Shown here one piece after another: positions 10,076 through 20,278 of a stretch of DNA of 64,000 nt; positions within the stretch are counted from its first letter, which is position 1; each line of letters starts with the position of its first letter. The DNA lies in assembly GCA_964429235.1 (NCBI GenBank), contig CAYSAQ010000002.1, positions 8,441-72,440 on the forward strand, written 5' to 3'. Under the pieces are notes generated by a model that was not told the origin of the DNA, ran no database searches, and saw only the letters and a list, made by a program, of their open reading frames with translations. Made by a program: the position numbers and the translations under genes. Source of the DNA: an uncultured Candidatus Marinamargulisbacteria bacterium. Its GTDB lineage: Bacteria; Margulisbacteria; Riflemargulisbacteria; GWF2-35-9; DYQY01.

Positions 10076-13000
10076 TTAAATAAGCGTTTCTTTCATCTTG
10101 AATCCTACTTTGCCAAGTAACCTGGCAGTAACGCCCTTAATATCTTCTGCTACATGATAGAAACATGGCACAAGAATAAGAGTTATCACTGTTGCAAAAA
10201 TAAGCCCATAGCCAAATGCCAAACCTAATGGTGCCACAAACGCATCTTTACCACCTAGCCCATAAATAGTTGGGATAAGTCCGAGTACTGTCGTTCCACT
10301 AGTTAAAATAACTGGTCTAAACCTCAATGCTCCACCATGGACAACTGCTTCCGTAACGTTTAATCCTTCTTCTTTTCTTAAATTATTAATAAAGTGAACT
10401 AATACCAAGGTATTACTAACTATTACTCCAGCTAAACTGAATAATCCTAATACTGACATAAAGGACATTGGCTGACCATGAGAAAGCAATGCGAACGCAA
10501 CACCTATTAGAGAAAAGGGGATGCAAACCATTATTACTATTGGCAACCAAATAGAATTAAAGAAAGCTACTAATACAAGAAAGATTACAGCTAAGGCTAC
10601 TATAAACAACCTTCCCAAATCACTCATACTGTCACCAGTCTCCTCTTGCTCTCCTGCATAATTTACAAAAACCCCAGGGTTCTCACGTTCAATGCTTTCA
10701 AACTTTTCTACAAGCATTTTATTAACTTTCATTGCAGTTACTTTATTCAAGTCTATATTTGCATCTACTTTTACTACTCGTTTATAGTCTTTTCTATTAA
10801 TCGCAGCATAGCCTCTTTTCTTCTCATAAGAAGTTACTTTTTCTAAAGAAACTAAACCTCCATATTTATTCTCAATCATTACGTCATCAAGACTATCAAC
10901 ACTTCTTCTTGCCCAATCTGGAAACCTTACTCGCACGTCTATCTCTTCATCACCCTTTTTAACCTTGGTGGCTACAGCACCTTTGTAAGAAAAAAGAATC
11001 GACTGTGCAACATCGGCAACCGTAAGACCTGCTCGCATCGCATTCACTTCGTTAATTTTATATCTAAACTCTGTTTTACCTTGCTCTAAATCCATAACAA
11101 TATCGCTAACACCATCTATTGTATGTAAAAACGCACTATACTCATTTGCAATAACTGCCGCTTTATCTAAATCATTACCTCGGATCTCAATACTAATAGG
11201 CTTACCCTTTGGCATACCATCTGCAGATAACTCAAATAGAAACTGAACATCCTTATTTATTAAATCCTTATCTTGCAACTTAACAATATTTTTTCTTAAT
11301 TGCGCTACAATCTCTTCCGCAGAGCGATCTCTATCTCCGGCAGGCGTTAAATTTAAATAAACTACAGATTTATGGGTCCCATCTTTTGGTCTCATATCAA
11401 GACCACTAGACATATGAACACCAACTCTTGTTCTAATCGACTCTACTTCTGTTTTAGGCAACAATCTCACCAATTCTTCAAAAGGTATTGTAACCTTATT
11501 GGTCTCCTCAAGATTTGTACCCTGTGGCATAGTCAACTTAATATAAATACCTTTATATGTGCTTGGCATAAAGACAAAGTCTACAGCAGATAACGCCTTC
11601 AACGAACCAAACAAAAGAGCAATAATAATAACCACAACAATATACCTACGTTGAACCATTTTTCTAAGAATCTTCTCATAAGAACCAGGTTGAGATTTTT
11701 CTTCTTTATTTTTTTTAACCTTTGGTGCTTTCACTAAACTGTCTAAATAATTAGGCAATATAAACAAAGCGCAAAACCATGAAGCGACTAAACAAAGAAT
11801 AATCACCATTGGAATAGCATAAATAAACTTACCAACAAGACCACCAACAAAAAGTAATGGAGCAAACGCAGCTACAATACAAATCAATGTAACTGTCATT
11901 GGGGCAGCTACCTCTAAAACACCTTTTCTGATAGCTTTACGCTTATCTTTTTCGATCCCCATATGCCGGTATGAATTCTCAGAAATAACAATGGAAAAAT
12001 CTACTATCATTCCAAGAACCATGACTAACGCGAACATGCTAATAACATTCAAAGTAATCCCTTGCTGTTGCATCAATATAAAAGCCATCATAAAAGATAT
12101 TGGGATACTCAATCCAACAACTAAAGATAATCTTTTGCCTAAAATAAACAGCAATATAAGCGCTAAAAAAACAAACCCTACCGAAGCATTTGTAACTAAC
12201 GAAGAAAGTCTTGATCTTACAAACACACTAGAATCATTAAAATATGAAGAACTTATTCCTTTTGATAATGTTGAATCGAATTCAGCCAAATGTTCTTTAA
12301 GCTTATCTGTAATCCTAATAGTATCAGCAGCCTTTTTCTTAGATATCTCTAAAACTATTGCATCATTAAGGTCTACTCGCTCATGAATCTCTTTTTCTTC
12401 AAAGGTATCTGATATACGAGCGATATCGCTAAGTTTTGTTACAAACCCCGCATCATTTGAAAACACGACTAAATTTTCTACTTCTTCTATATCTTTAAAC
12501 TGTCCTATTGTTCTAAGTAAATATTCCTTACCTTCTACTCGAAGTGCCCCTCCTGGCAAATCAATATTTCTTGCCATTAATCTGCCAATTACAGCATTAA
12601 GGCCTATTCTATATTGCTGCAATGACTCTGGCATTACTTCTACTAGATATTCTCTGTCTCGATATCCCAGCTTATTTATCTCTGCTACTCCATCAATAAA
12701 TAGAATTTCTTCTTCCAGCCTCTTTGCAGTAGCACGTAACTCAGCATATCCAGCTTCATCTTTTCTAGTTGTTGTTAATGCTATATCAAATACTTGCATC
12801 TTTTCTGTGGTTATTTCTTCTACTTCTGGATCTAATGCATCTTCTGGCAAATCTGAGATACCCTCAACCGCATCTTTAACATCTGTTACTGCCTTAGCCT
12901 TCTTCTTATCGGTCAAACTATCATCAAGATAAACAACCATAACCGATACGTTCTCTATATTAAAACCTTCTACTTTACTAATGCCGCTAACTTCTCTAAG

Positions 13001-13213
13001 CTCTTTCTCTATTGGAATAGAAATAAGGTTCTCTACTTCATCTGGAGCTGCCCCTGGATAGATTGTAAGAACTGTTACCATATCAAGGCTAACATCAGGG
13101 AATGCTTCCCTATTCATATCCGCAACAATTGTTAGCCCCACGGCTAAAATTACAAAAACAATTAAGTTAATAACTAACTTTGACTTAATAACGTAATCTA
13201 TAATCTTTTTCAT
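10076..13213 (-). CDS. RND family efflux transporter permease (AcrB/AcrD/AcrF family)
   Basis: 1045 aa. Twelve-helix layout with two large periplasmic loops. Family-typical N-terminus (IDYVIKSKLVINLIVFVILAVG...YPGAAPDEVE). Confidence 0.9.
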   Translation of the reverse strand: MKKIIDYVIKSKLVINLIVFVILAVGLTIVADMNREAFPDVSLDMVTVLTIYPGAAPDEVENLISIPIEKELREVSGISKVEGFNIENVSVMVVYLDDSLTDKKKAKAVTDVKDAVEGISDLPEDALDPEVEEITTEKMQVFDIALTTTRKDEAGYAELRATAKRLEEEILFIDGVAEINKLGYRDREYLVEVMPESLQQYRIGLNAVIGRLMARNIDLPGGALRVEGKEYLLRTIGQFKDIEEVENLVVFSNDAGFVTKLSDIARISDTFEEKEIHERVDLNDAIVLEISKKKAADTIRITDKLKEHLAEFDSTLSKGISSSYFNDSSVFVRSRLSSLVTNASVGFVFLALILLFILGKRLSLVVGLSIPISFMMAFILMQQQGITLNVISMFALVMVLGMIVDFSIVISENSYRHMGIEKDKRKAIRKGVLEVAAPMTVTLICIVAAFAPLLFVGGLVGKFIYAIPMVIILCLVASWFCALFILPNYLDSLVKAPKVKKNKEEKSQPGSYEKILRKMVQRRYIVVVIIIALLFGSLKALSAVDFVFMPSTYKGIYIKLTMPQGTNLEETNKVTIPFEELVRLLPKTEVESIRTRVGVHMSSGLDMRPKDGTHKSVVYLNLTPAGDRDRSAEEIVAQLRKNIVKLQDKDLINKDVQFLFELSADGMPKGKPISIEIRGNDLDKAAVIANEYSAFLHTIDGVSDIVMDLEQGKTEFRYKINEVNAMRAGLTVADVAQSILFSYKGAVATKVKKGDEEIDVRVRFPDWARRSVDSLDDVMIENKYGGLVSLEKVTSYEKKRGYAAINRKDYKRVVKVDANIDLNKVTAMKVNKMLVEKFESIERENPGVFVNYAGEQEETGDSMSDLGRLFIVALAVIFLVLVAFFNSIWLPIVIMVCIPFSLIGVAFALLSHGQPMSFMSVLGLFSLAGVIVSNTLVLVHFINNLRKEEGLNVTEAVVHGGALRFRPVILTSGTTVLGLIPTIYGLGGKDAFVAPLGLAFGYGLIFATVITLILVPCFYHVAEDIKGVTARLLGKVGFKMKETLI

Positions 13214-14784
13214 TACTTCGCTCCTCCTGCCATAGAAATGTATTCATCAATATCTATCCCATAATCCTCAAACAAAGTATTTGTTTGTACTTTCATGTTA
13301 ATAAGTGAAATGTTGTATGCTACAAGTATCTCTGTTTTTGCCATTCTTATTGCGGTTAACATATCAACGCTATCCTTAAGTTCTACAGTGCTCACCTTCG
13401 CCTGTTTCAGCCTTATTATAAGGCTCTCAACATATATAACTGCATCTTTCTGAGACTTATCTAACAACACATAAGAATCATATAGTGTATTGATAAGTGA
13501 GATAGAGTCCTGAACCTCATTCTCAATATTTTTCTTTAAATATGTCAAATAAGTCGTAGCTTGTTCAAGCTGCTTCTGAACATCTCTATATTTTGTTTCA
13601 GATTGCCTGTCATCTAATAACTGCTTATAGGTGAACTTTATTTCAGTACTGGCGTTTTTAAATTTTGCTATCTCCTTTGCAGCATTTACTGCATCTGCAT
13701 CCTCACCCATTAAGGCATAGCTGATCCCTACGTTTAATTCCGGCAACGTTTCATTCTTATAATTTGTGAGTTGTTTTTGCAATATTGCTACATTGTTCAG
13801 CGCCTCTAAATAATCGGCCCTATTTGCATAAGCCTCTTCTAATAATTTTGTCTCATTCAGCCCTGGAGTAACTTTATCTAGTGAAAGAACTTTCAAACTA
13901 CCAGAATTTTCTTCTGCCATTAAATTGAAATAGTTTTGATTTAAAAGACTCTGAATAGATGAAGCATTACTTTTAAGCTCAACCATTGTTCCATAAATTA
14001 ACGAGTTAAACTGATTCAAGGTATATGCTTCCATAACGCCTAACTCAACATTATTCTTTATAGTTCCTTTAATAATCTCATACACAGATTCTTTTATAGA
14101 AATATCACAATGATCTCTATATTTCTTTATTAATTGAAATTGGTCATACATTGTAGAGAATGTAAGTCCGGCAATATTTTTTTTAATGTTTAGCTTATCA
14201 GAATCTGCTTTTAATCCTAATAATTCTTCTGTCCTTATATCATTACCACCAAAAGCATTTTTTAATAACTTTTGCTCCATCTGAACAAAGAAGGTTGGCG
14301 AATAGATAGAAGTACTCGCATGTTTATACGTTCCAGTTAATCCTGTGGCTACCGCAAGTCCCCCTTTTAGGTTTTGTGCGTAAGTTAAGTTTCCTTCAAA
14401 TTTTTTAGTCTCAGAAGCAGCTGTTGCCGGAAGCGTCATATGGGAAAGGTCAGTCTGCGTGTACCCAAAAGATGAAGATATATAAGGAGAATAATAAGCC
14501 TTAAACTGTTGATAATCTGAATCAGCTATTGCGTACCCGTTATACTGGATACTAACAAGTAAATTTCTATCTAAAACATCTTTCATGAAATCAGAAACCT
14601 GATAATTTCCTTTATGCTCTATGTTTACGTCAACCCCATCTCTAAAACTTACAGCATTATAATCTCCATAACCTTTAAGCGTTGCGTCATACTGAGGAAG
14701 ACTAGCTAATGAAGGGAATGCAAACCCCATCATAATAGTAACAAAACCTATAATACCTATCTTTTGTGAATTATTTTTAATCAT
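13213..14784 (-). CDS. TolC-like outer membrane efflux protein
   Basis: Signal peptide. Long helical repeats with OMF-like motifs (LEEAYANRADYLEALNNVAILQKQL). Its stop codon overlaps the RND start codon by 1 nt (shared base 13213). Confidence 0.6.
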   Translation of the reverse strand: MIKNNSQKIGIIGFVTIMMGFAFPSLASLPQYDATLKGYGDYNAVSFRDGVDVNIEHKGNYQVSDFMKDVLDRNLLVSIQYNGYAIADSDYQQFKAYYSPYISSSFGYTQTDLSHMTLPATAASETKKFEGNLTYAQNLKGGLAVATGLTGTYKHASTSIYSPTFFVQMEQKLLKNAFGGNDIRTEELLGLKADSDKLNIKKNIAGLTFSTMYDQFQLIKKYRDHCDISIKESVYEIIKGTIKNNVELGVMEAYTLNQFNSLIYGTMVELKSNASSIQSLLNQNYFNLMAEENSGSLKVLSLDKVTPGLNETKLLEEAYANRADYLEALNNVAILQKQLTNYKNETLPELNVGISYALMGEDADAVNAAKEIAKFKNASTEIKFTYKQLLDDRQSETKYRDVQKQLEQATTYLTYLKKNIENEVQDSISLINTLYDSYVLLDKSQKDAVIYVESLIIRLKQAKVSTVELKDSVDMLTAIRMAKTEILVAYNISLINMKVQTNTLFEDYGIDIDEYISMAGGAK

Positions 14785-14843
14785 TCTTATTCAGCTCCTT
14801 TTCATCATATATATATTAATTAGGAGCTAAGAATAACACCTTG

Positions 14844-14857
14844 TGACTATATAGTCA
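14844..14857. promoter_or_regulatory. Candidate TetR operator (perfect 14-nt palindrome) within the divergent efflux/tetR promoter region
   Basis: TGACTATATAGTCA lies between TTGTGA (14841) and TATAAT (14863-14868). An extra TAGTCA half-site is at 14872-14877. Confidence 0.5.
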
Positions 14858-14910
14858 AAGTTTATAATAATTAGTCAAAAACAAGAACTCGTGGTATATT
14901 TATATGTATT

Positions 14911-15510
14911 ATGAAAGAACTAAGCAGAAAAGAAAAAGAAAAATTACAAAGAAAAAGCTATATCATGGATGCGGCGGCAGAATTGTTTTCTGAACAAGGA
15001 TATGATGACACAACTATTGATGAAATAGCCGAAAAAGCAGAATTCTCTAAAGGCTCTATTTATCAATACTTTTCAAGCAAAGAAGAAATATATATAACTA
15101 TTTATGATGACCTTGCCGAAACCATGGCCTCGGCAATATTTGCTATCAGCACTATGGACTTGCCTCCAGATGAAAAAATTAAAAAAACTATATTTACTGG
15201 TTTTGAACAAGCCTTAAAAAGTAAAAAACTAGCGAAAATACTCCTACAAAGAGAAGGTCATCTGCTTTGCGCAAAAGAATCTATAACAAATAAAGTAGAC
15301 AAAAAAATGATAAACACATATCGAACTTCTGTAGAAGAAGGAATCAAGCAGAAAATTATAAAAATAAATGAGCCACAAATACTAGAAACACTTATTGAAG
15401 GAATGATAATTAAAAGCATCAGCACACTGATACAGAATGATTCTCCAGAAGAAGACTATATAAAATATGCAGAAATAATAAGCAAAGTTTTTTTGCAAGG
15501 CTGCTGCTAA
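14911..15510 (+). CDS. TetR/AcrR family transcriptional regulator
   Basis: N-terminal HTH (TIDEIAEKAEFSKGSIYQYFSSKEEIY). Divergent from the efflux operon. Confidence 0.9.
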   Translation: MKELSRKEKEKLQRKSYIMDAAAELFSEQGYDDTTIDEIAEKAEFSKGSIYQYFSSKEEIYITIYDDLAETMASAIFAISTMDLPPDEKIKKTIFTGFEQALKSKKLAKILLQREGHLLCAKESITNKVDKKMINTYRTSVEEGIKQKIIKINEPQILETLIEGMIIKSISTLIQNDSPEEDYIKYAEIISKVFLQGCC

Positions 15511-16448
15511 GCTCTAAACTCCCAGCAAGAATGAATATTTGTTCCTTGAAAATCAAAAGGAATAGTTTGTTCTGTAATATCTGTAATTTTAGTCTTTTGA
15601 AGAAATAGCTTCTTATCTAGCTTAAATTTTCTAGAATTTGTACTAAAATAAAGCACACCATCGTCATTTAAGAGTCTAAGCATTGGCTTAAGCAATTCAG
15701 CATAGTCTCTGTCTACTACAAACTCGTTCGCATGCCTGTTTTTAGAATTACTAAATGATGGTGGGTCGCAAATAATAATGTCATATTTTCTGCCAGCATC
15801 AAGTGCTTTATGCACAAAAGTTATACAATCTTCTGCTACAAATCGATATTTTTTTGAGTGCTCAAAGCCATTACGCTCCATATTCCTCATTGCCCACTCT
15901 GTATAATTCTTACTCAAATCAACAGTAGTAACAGATCTTGCGCCACCTTTTGCAGCATGCATGCTGAATGCTCCTGTATAAGAAAAAAGATTCAATACAT
16001 CTTTATCTTTAGAAGTTTCCCCAACTAGTGTTCTTAAAGGACGATGGTCTAGAAACAATCCTACATCAACATACTTTATTGGGTTAATCTCAAACTCCAA
16101 CCCACCCTCAAAAGCTTTTAACTCTACATCTATCCAAGAATTATGCTTTTCCTGATTATGTCCTTGCTGTCTGGTATGTCGCTTTATATAAACATTGGTT
16201 CTCTCAAACTCTGTTCCAGCAACAACTTGTTCTTTTACACTGTCTAGAAATGCCTGGGCTAATTCTGGAGTGTCGTCTTTTGTGCGAGGGTAAGTCCAGA
16301 CAATAGCATTATCTTCAAATAAATCAATAATAAGTGGGTACTCAGGGATATCTTTTGAGTATAGACGATAACAAGTTATCCCCTGTTTTCTAGCCCATTT
16401 ACCAAGAATCTTTTTACGTTTGCGAATCCTGTTTTCTAAATCATTCAT
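15507..16448 (-). CDS. Class I SAM-dependent (rRNA-type, RlmI/RlmKL C-terminal-like) methyltransferase
   Basis: LNLFSYTGAFSMHAAKGGA (motif I) and IICDPPSF (motif IV). Confidence 0.7.
   Translation of the reverse strand: MNDLENRIRKRKKILGKWARKQGITCYRLYSKDIPEYPLIIDLFEDNAIVWTYPRTKDDTPELAQAFLDSVKEQVVAGTEFERTNVYIKRHTRQQGHNQEKHNSWIDVELKAFEGGLEFEINPIKYVDVGLFLDHRPLRTLVGETSKDKDVLNLFSYTGAFSMHAAKGGARSVTTVDLSKNYTEWAMRNMERNGFEHSKKYRFVAEDCITFVHKALDAGRKYDIIICDPPSFSNSKNRHANEFVVDRDYAELLKPMLRLLNDDGVLYFSTNSRKFKLDKKLFLQKTKITDITEQTIPFDFQGTNIHSCWEFRA
15511..15544. repeat. 34-nt direct repeat copy 2 (authentic 3' end of the methyltransferase gene)
   Basis: Pairs with 9983-10016. The two copies bracket the efflux/TetR block. 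Confidence 0.8.
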
Positions 16449-16463
16449 ACATACATTATAGAC

Positions 16464-16490
16464 TAAAAAAGCCCGAGATAACTCGGGCTT
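16464..16490 (-). terminator. Rho-independent terminator downstream of the peroxiredoxin gene
   Basis: Minus strand reads AAGCCCGAG-TTAT-CTCGGGCTT followed by a T run. Confidence 0.75.
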
Positions 16491-16514
16491 TCAAATATTA
16501 ACAAAGAATAGCTA

Positions 16515-17171
<657 letters not shown>

Positions 17172-17242
17172 TTTATTCCTCCTTCTTTTTTACCTTACTA
17201 TTTCATTAAACTCCAATTTTTATCAAAGTCAACAATCCATAC

Positions 17243-18394
17243 TTAACTACAATTCATATTCTTATCTTTCATCAAACCAGAACAAACTAGCTGACCTATA
17301 AACAATTTAAAAAACAACAACGATGCTATTACTATAGCTGCCACTATTGCAGTATAGAAAAATGGATTAGGCACAAACATATTATTTGCAAAACTCCCAA
17401 GCACTCCAAAGGCAACTACTGGACAAACAAATCCCCATTGCGAAACATAGAACTCTTTCTTAAAAAAATGCTCTTTAAAATAATCTTTCATTAAGGCTAA
17501 TCCAAACAATAAATACCATATCTCAAATGCAAAACTAAGCATTATTACTGCAGTAAAATACCCTGGTAAATGAACTCCAAATTGATGCTCGTAATAATGT
17601 CCTAATCTAAAAGCAGTAAGCGCATATAGAGTAACGTTAGGAACAACTATCAAAAAGCTTGGCATGAATTGTTTTTCTGGAAGCCCATCTGCATTAAAAT
17701 GACTCTTGAATAAAGTCACCATTTTTACTGACAACAAAAATAACCCCATACTAAAGGTGATCATAGAAAGAAATGCTGCAAAATGGGCAACATTTGGATT
17801 CTTTGCCATTGCGGCAATCCCAGAACCAGTTACAGTAACCATTCCAATTGCAAAGGGGTGTAGTAACCACCCGAAGTTAATTTTATCCAAATCAAATCCT
17901 TTTACGAATGATACTTTCAGCAATCTTATTTCTGTTATTAATAACGCAAGCCATAACACAGACCAAACAATAACAGCAGGAAGCATAAATGCTTGAAGGT
18001 TATTTGCAAAAGATGGAATAAAGAACCTAACCGGTGCTATAAAAACATTCATTGTCATTGCTAACGACAAAAACGGTGTCACTAATGCAGAATTTTTTAA
18101 TGGATTCCCGGACATTTCCTTCTGCTCAGCACTTCCAAGCCATCCAAACAACTTAGCAAGAAAAACAACTGTTAATACCAAATGCATGATAGTAAAAAAT
18201 ATCATTACAGCATACAAAAAATACATTAATACTTGTTGCGGCAAACCAAGTCCGGACATAACGATATCGGATATTTTTATTAATCCTTTCCCATGCGGAA
18301 AATTATATTGCAATAAGGAAAACGGCATTACAGAAATACCCCCAGCGCCTAATGATGCTAAAAACAACAATGGATTAAAACTTTTTTTCTTCAT
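17243..18394 (-). CDS. Polytopic membrane transporter, possibly TDT (TehA/Mae1-like) family
   Basis: 383 aa with about ten hydrophobic helices. The family assignment is tentative. Confidence 0.45.
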   Translation of the reverse strand: MKKKSFNPLLFLASLGAGGISVMPFSLLQYNFPHGKGLIKISDIVMSGLGLPQQVLMYFLYAVMIFFTIMHLVLTVVFLAKLFGWLGSAEQKEMSGNPLKNSALVTPFLSLAMTMNVFIAPVRFFIPSFANNLQAFMLPAVIVWSVLWLALLITEIRLLKVSFVKGFDLDKINFGWLLHPFAIGMVTVTGSGIAAMAKNPNVAHFAAFLSMITFSMGLFLLSVKMVTLFKSHFNADGLPEKQFMPSFLIVVPNVTLYALTAFRLGHYYEHQFGVHLPGYFTAVIMLSFAFEIWYLLFGLALMKDYFKEHFFKKEFYVSQWGFVCPVVAFGVLGSFANNMFVPNPFFYTAIVAAIVIASLLFFKLFIGQLVCSGLMKDKNMNCS

Positions 18395-18543
18395 ATCTTA
18401 TCTCCTTTATAATTATCTGTTCGCAAAATGATACCCCCGGGGGGTGCTTATTGTCAATTACATATTTTCACATCTTAATATTTGGATGCGTCTTTATTAA
18501 CAAGGGATTAAGCGCAAAACCCTTCGCACGACAAATAGATTTG

Positions 18544-18593
18544 TTGACAAAAAAACGCTACAGTAATACACTGCTTTTTGAGAATTATTCTCA
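18544..18593 (+). promoter_or_regulatory. Promoter plus Fur-family box upstream of the MBL-hydrolase/Mrp operon
   Basis: TTGACA (18544-18549), 17 nt, TACACT (18567-18572), 6 nt, then the 7-1-7 palindrome TGAGAATTATTCTCA (18579-18593). Confidence 0.6.
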
Positions 18594-18617
18594 TTTACTT
18601 ATTGGTTAGGAATAAAA

Positions 18618-19427
18618 ATGATAACAAATTGCAAACTTACAGTTTTAGCAGAAAATAAAACCACTCAAACAAAATACAAAGTAGAACATGGCTTATCACT
18701 ATTGATACAAGCAGATAATAATAGCTACATCTTTGATACTGGAAAAACAAATCTATTCCAACAAAACGCATTAATAATGAACAAATCCCTATCGGAAATT
18801 GATGGTGTTATACTCTCTCATAGCCACTATGATCATACTGGAGGATTAGAATTTCTTTATAACAAACAAGTTTATTTACATTCAAGTTTCTTCAATAAAA
18901 AACATAAAAAAATCAATGGTAAAAACGTATTTATAGGCATTCGCTATATTGAAAAACATTATAAAAACAGAAACAACCTCCATTTCAACTATATTAAAGA
19001 CAACAACGACCTTGCTAATAATATTAAGATAATTAGCAACTTTAAAAACAATGATGCTCAAGATTATTTCTACGTTCAAAAAGGAAGCGATATAATAAAA
19101 GATACATTTGAGGATGAACTAGTTATGACAATTAAAACAGATAAAGGATTAATAATAATAACTGGCTGCTCACATAACGGAATAATTCCTATTATTAAAA
19201 AATGTATTGCTGAAGCTAACTCTCATAACATATATGCGCTTATAGGAGGCTTCCATCTTTCTAAACTCAAAGAATCAGAAGTAAAAAAAATTGCAGCACA
19301 AATAGATAAATTTAAAATACAAAATATCGGCATCTCTCATTGCACCGGTGATGCCTTAATCAAATACTTATCTCATGGAAACGTTTTTAATTTTAATACA
19401 GGCGATATCTTTACAATTAACGAATAA
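18618..19427 (+). CDS. MBL-fold metallo-hydrolase
   Basis: HSHYDHTGG metal-binding motif. Confidence 0.8.
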   Translation: MITNCKLTVLAENKTTQTKYKVEHGLSLLIQADNNSYIFDTGKTNLFQQNALIMNKSLSEIDGVILSHSHYDHTGGLEFLYNKQVYLHSSFFNKKHKKINGKNVFIGIRYIEKHYKNRNNLHFNYIKDNNDLANNIKIISNFKNNDAQDYFYVQKGSDIIKDTFEDELVMTIKTDKGLIIITGCSHNGIIPIIKKCIAEANSHNIYALIGGFHLSKLKESEVKKIAAQIDKFKIQNIGISHCTGDALIKYLSHGNVFNFNTGDIFTINE

Positions 19428-19442
19428 AAGAAGGAGAGTAAA

Positions 19443-20210
19443 ATGAGCAACCTAGACAAAAAGGCTATTGAAGAAAACTTAAAGGGAATAAAAAATAAAA
19501 TTATCATTCTTAGTAATAAGGGTGGTGTTGGTAAAAGCACGGTATCTGCACTCTTAGCCAGCCATCTTGCCAATCAGGGAAAGAAAGTTGGTCTACTAGA
19601 TATAGATATTCATGGTCCTTCACAAGGAAGTCTATTTAATATTACCAGTCAAAGATTAATGGGAAATGAGTTTGGTAGAATTGAACCAATAGAATACAGC
19701 GAAAACTTAAAAATAATTTCTGTAGCAAATATGATTCAAAATGAAGATGATGCTTTGATATGGAGAGGACCAATGAAAACAAGTATCATAACTCAATTCA
19801 TAAAAGACGTAGAATGGGGCAACCTAGATTACTTAATTATTGATGCGCCTCCGGGAACAGGAGATGAGCCAATGACTATTGCTGGAATGATTGCAGACAT
19901 TAAAGCATTCATTGTAACAACGCCTCAAAAAATGGCAATAATTGACGTAAAGAAAGCAATTAATTTCTTAAAGAAAATGAATGTTCCTGTACTTGGTCTT
20001 ATTGAAAATATGGCTATTTCCATCTGCCCTGAATGCCATAAAGAAATAGATTTATTTAAATCTAAAAAAAGTAATGACACAGAAATTTCGCCAAAATATA
20101 ACATTCCATTTATTCGCTCTTTATTTGAAGCAGCTGAAGAAGGAAAAATCTATGAAGGCGTACAGAAAAACAACGATATTACGAAATATATAGAAGACAT
20201 TCTGCGTTGA
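19443..20210 (+). CDS. Mrp/NBP35 (ApbC-like) Fe-S cluster carrier ATPase
   Basis: Deviant Walker A SNKGGVGKST, DAPPGTGDE, and a CPECHK cysteine pair. Confidence 0.9.
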   Translation: MSNLDKKAIEENLKGIKNKIIILSNKGGVGKSTVSALLASHLANQGKKVGLLDIDIHGPSQGSLFNITSQRLMGNEFGRIEPIEYSENLKIISVANMIQNEDDALIWRGPMKTSIITQFIKDVEWGNLDYLIIDAPPGTGDEPMTIAGMIADIKAFIVTTPQKMAIIDVKKAINFLKKMNVPVLGLIENMAISICPECHKEIDLFKSKKSNDTEISPKYNIPFIRSLFEAAEEGKIYEGVQKNNDITKYIEDILR

Positions 20211-20256
20211 CAAAAGAATTGTTGAGGAATAAACTTCTTAATGAGAACAGTTCTCA
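20207..20256 (+). promoter_or_regulatory. Promoter plus Fur-family box upstream of the fur-like gene
   Basis: TTGACA (20207-20212), 17 nt, TAAACT (20230-20235), 6 nt, then TGAGAACAGTTCTCA (20242-20256). The palindrome extends to 20238-20260. Confidence 0.6.
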
Positions 20257-20278
20257 TTAAGCGATAAAAGGAATTAAT

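Noticed and set aside
18433-18445. C5G6 run (ACCCCCGGGGGGT), a GC palindrome that is conspicuous in AT-rich intergenic DNA upstream of the transporter gene.
   Set aside because: It is a single occurrence with no partner site or adjacent T-tract. It could be a protein site or chance, and nothing can be supported from sequence alone.
20238-20260. The 11-1-11 palindrome TTAATGAGAACAGTTCTCATTAA considered as a terminator hairpin for the Mrp gene.
   Set aside because: A one-nucleotide loop and an AT-rich stem without a following T-run make an intrinsic terminator unlikely. The parallel with the box at 18579-18593 favours an operator.
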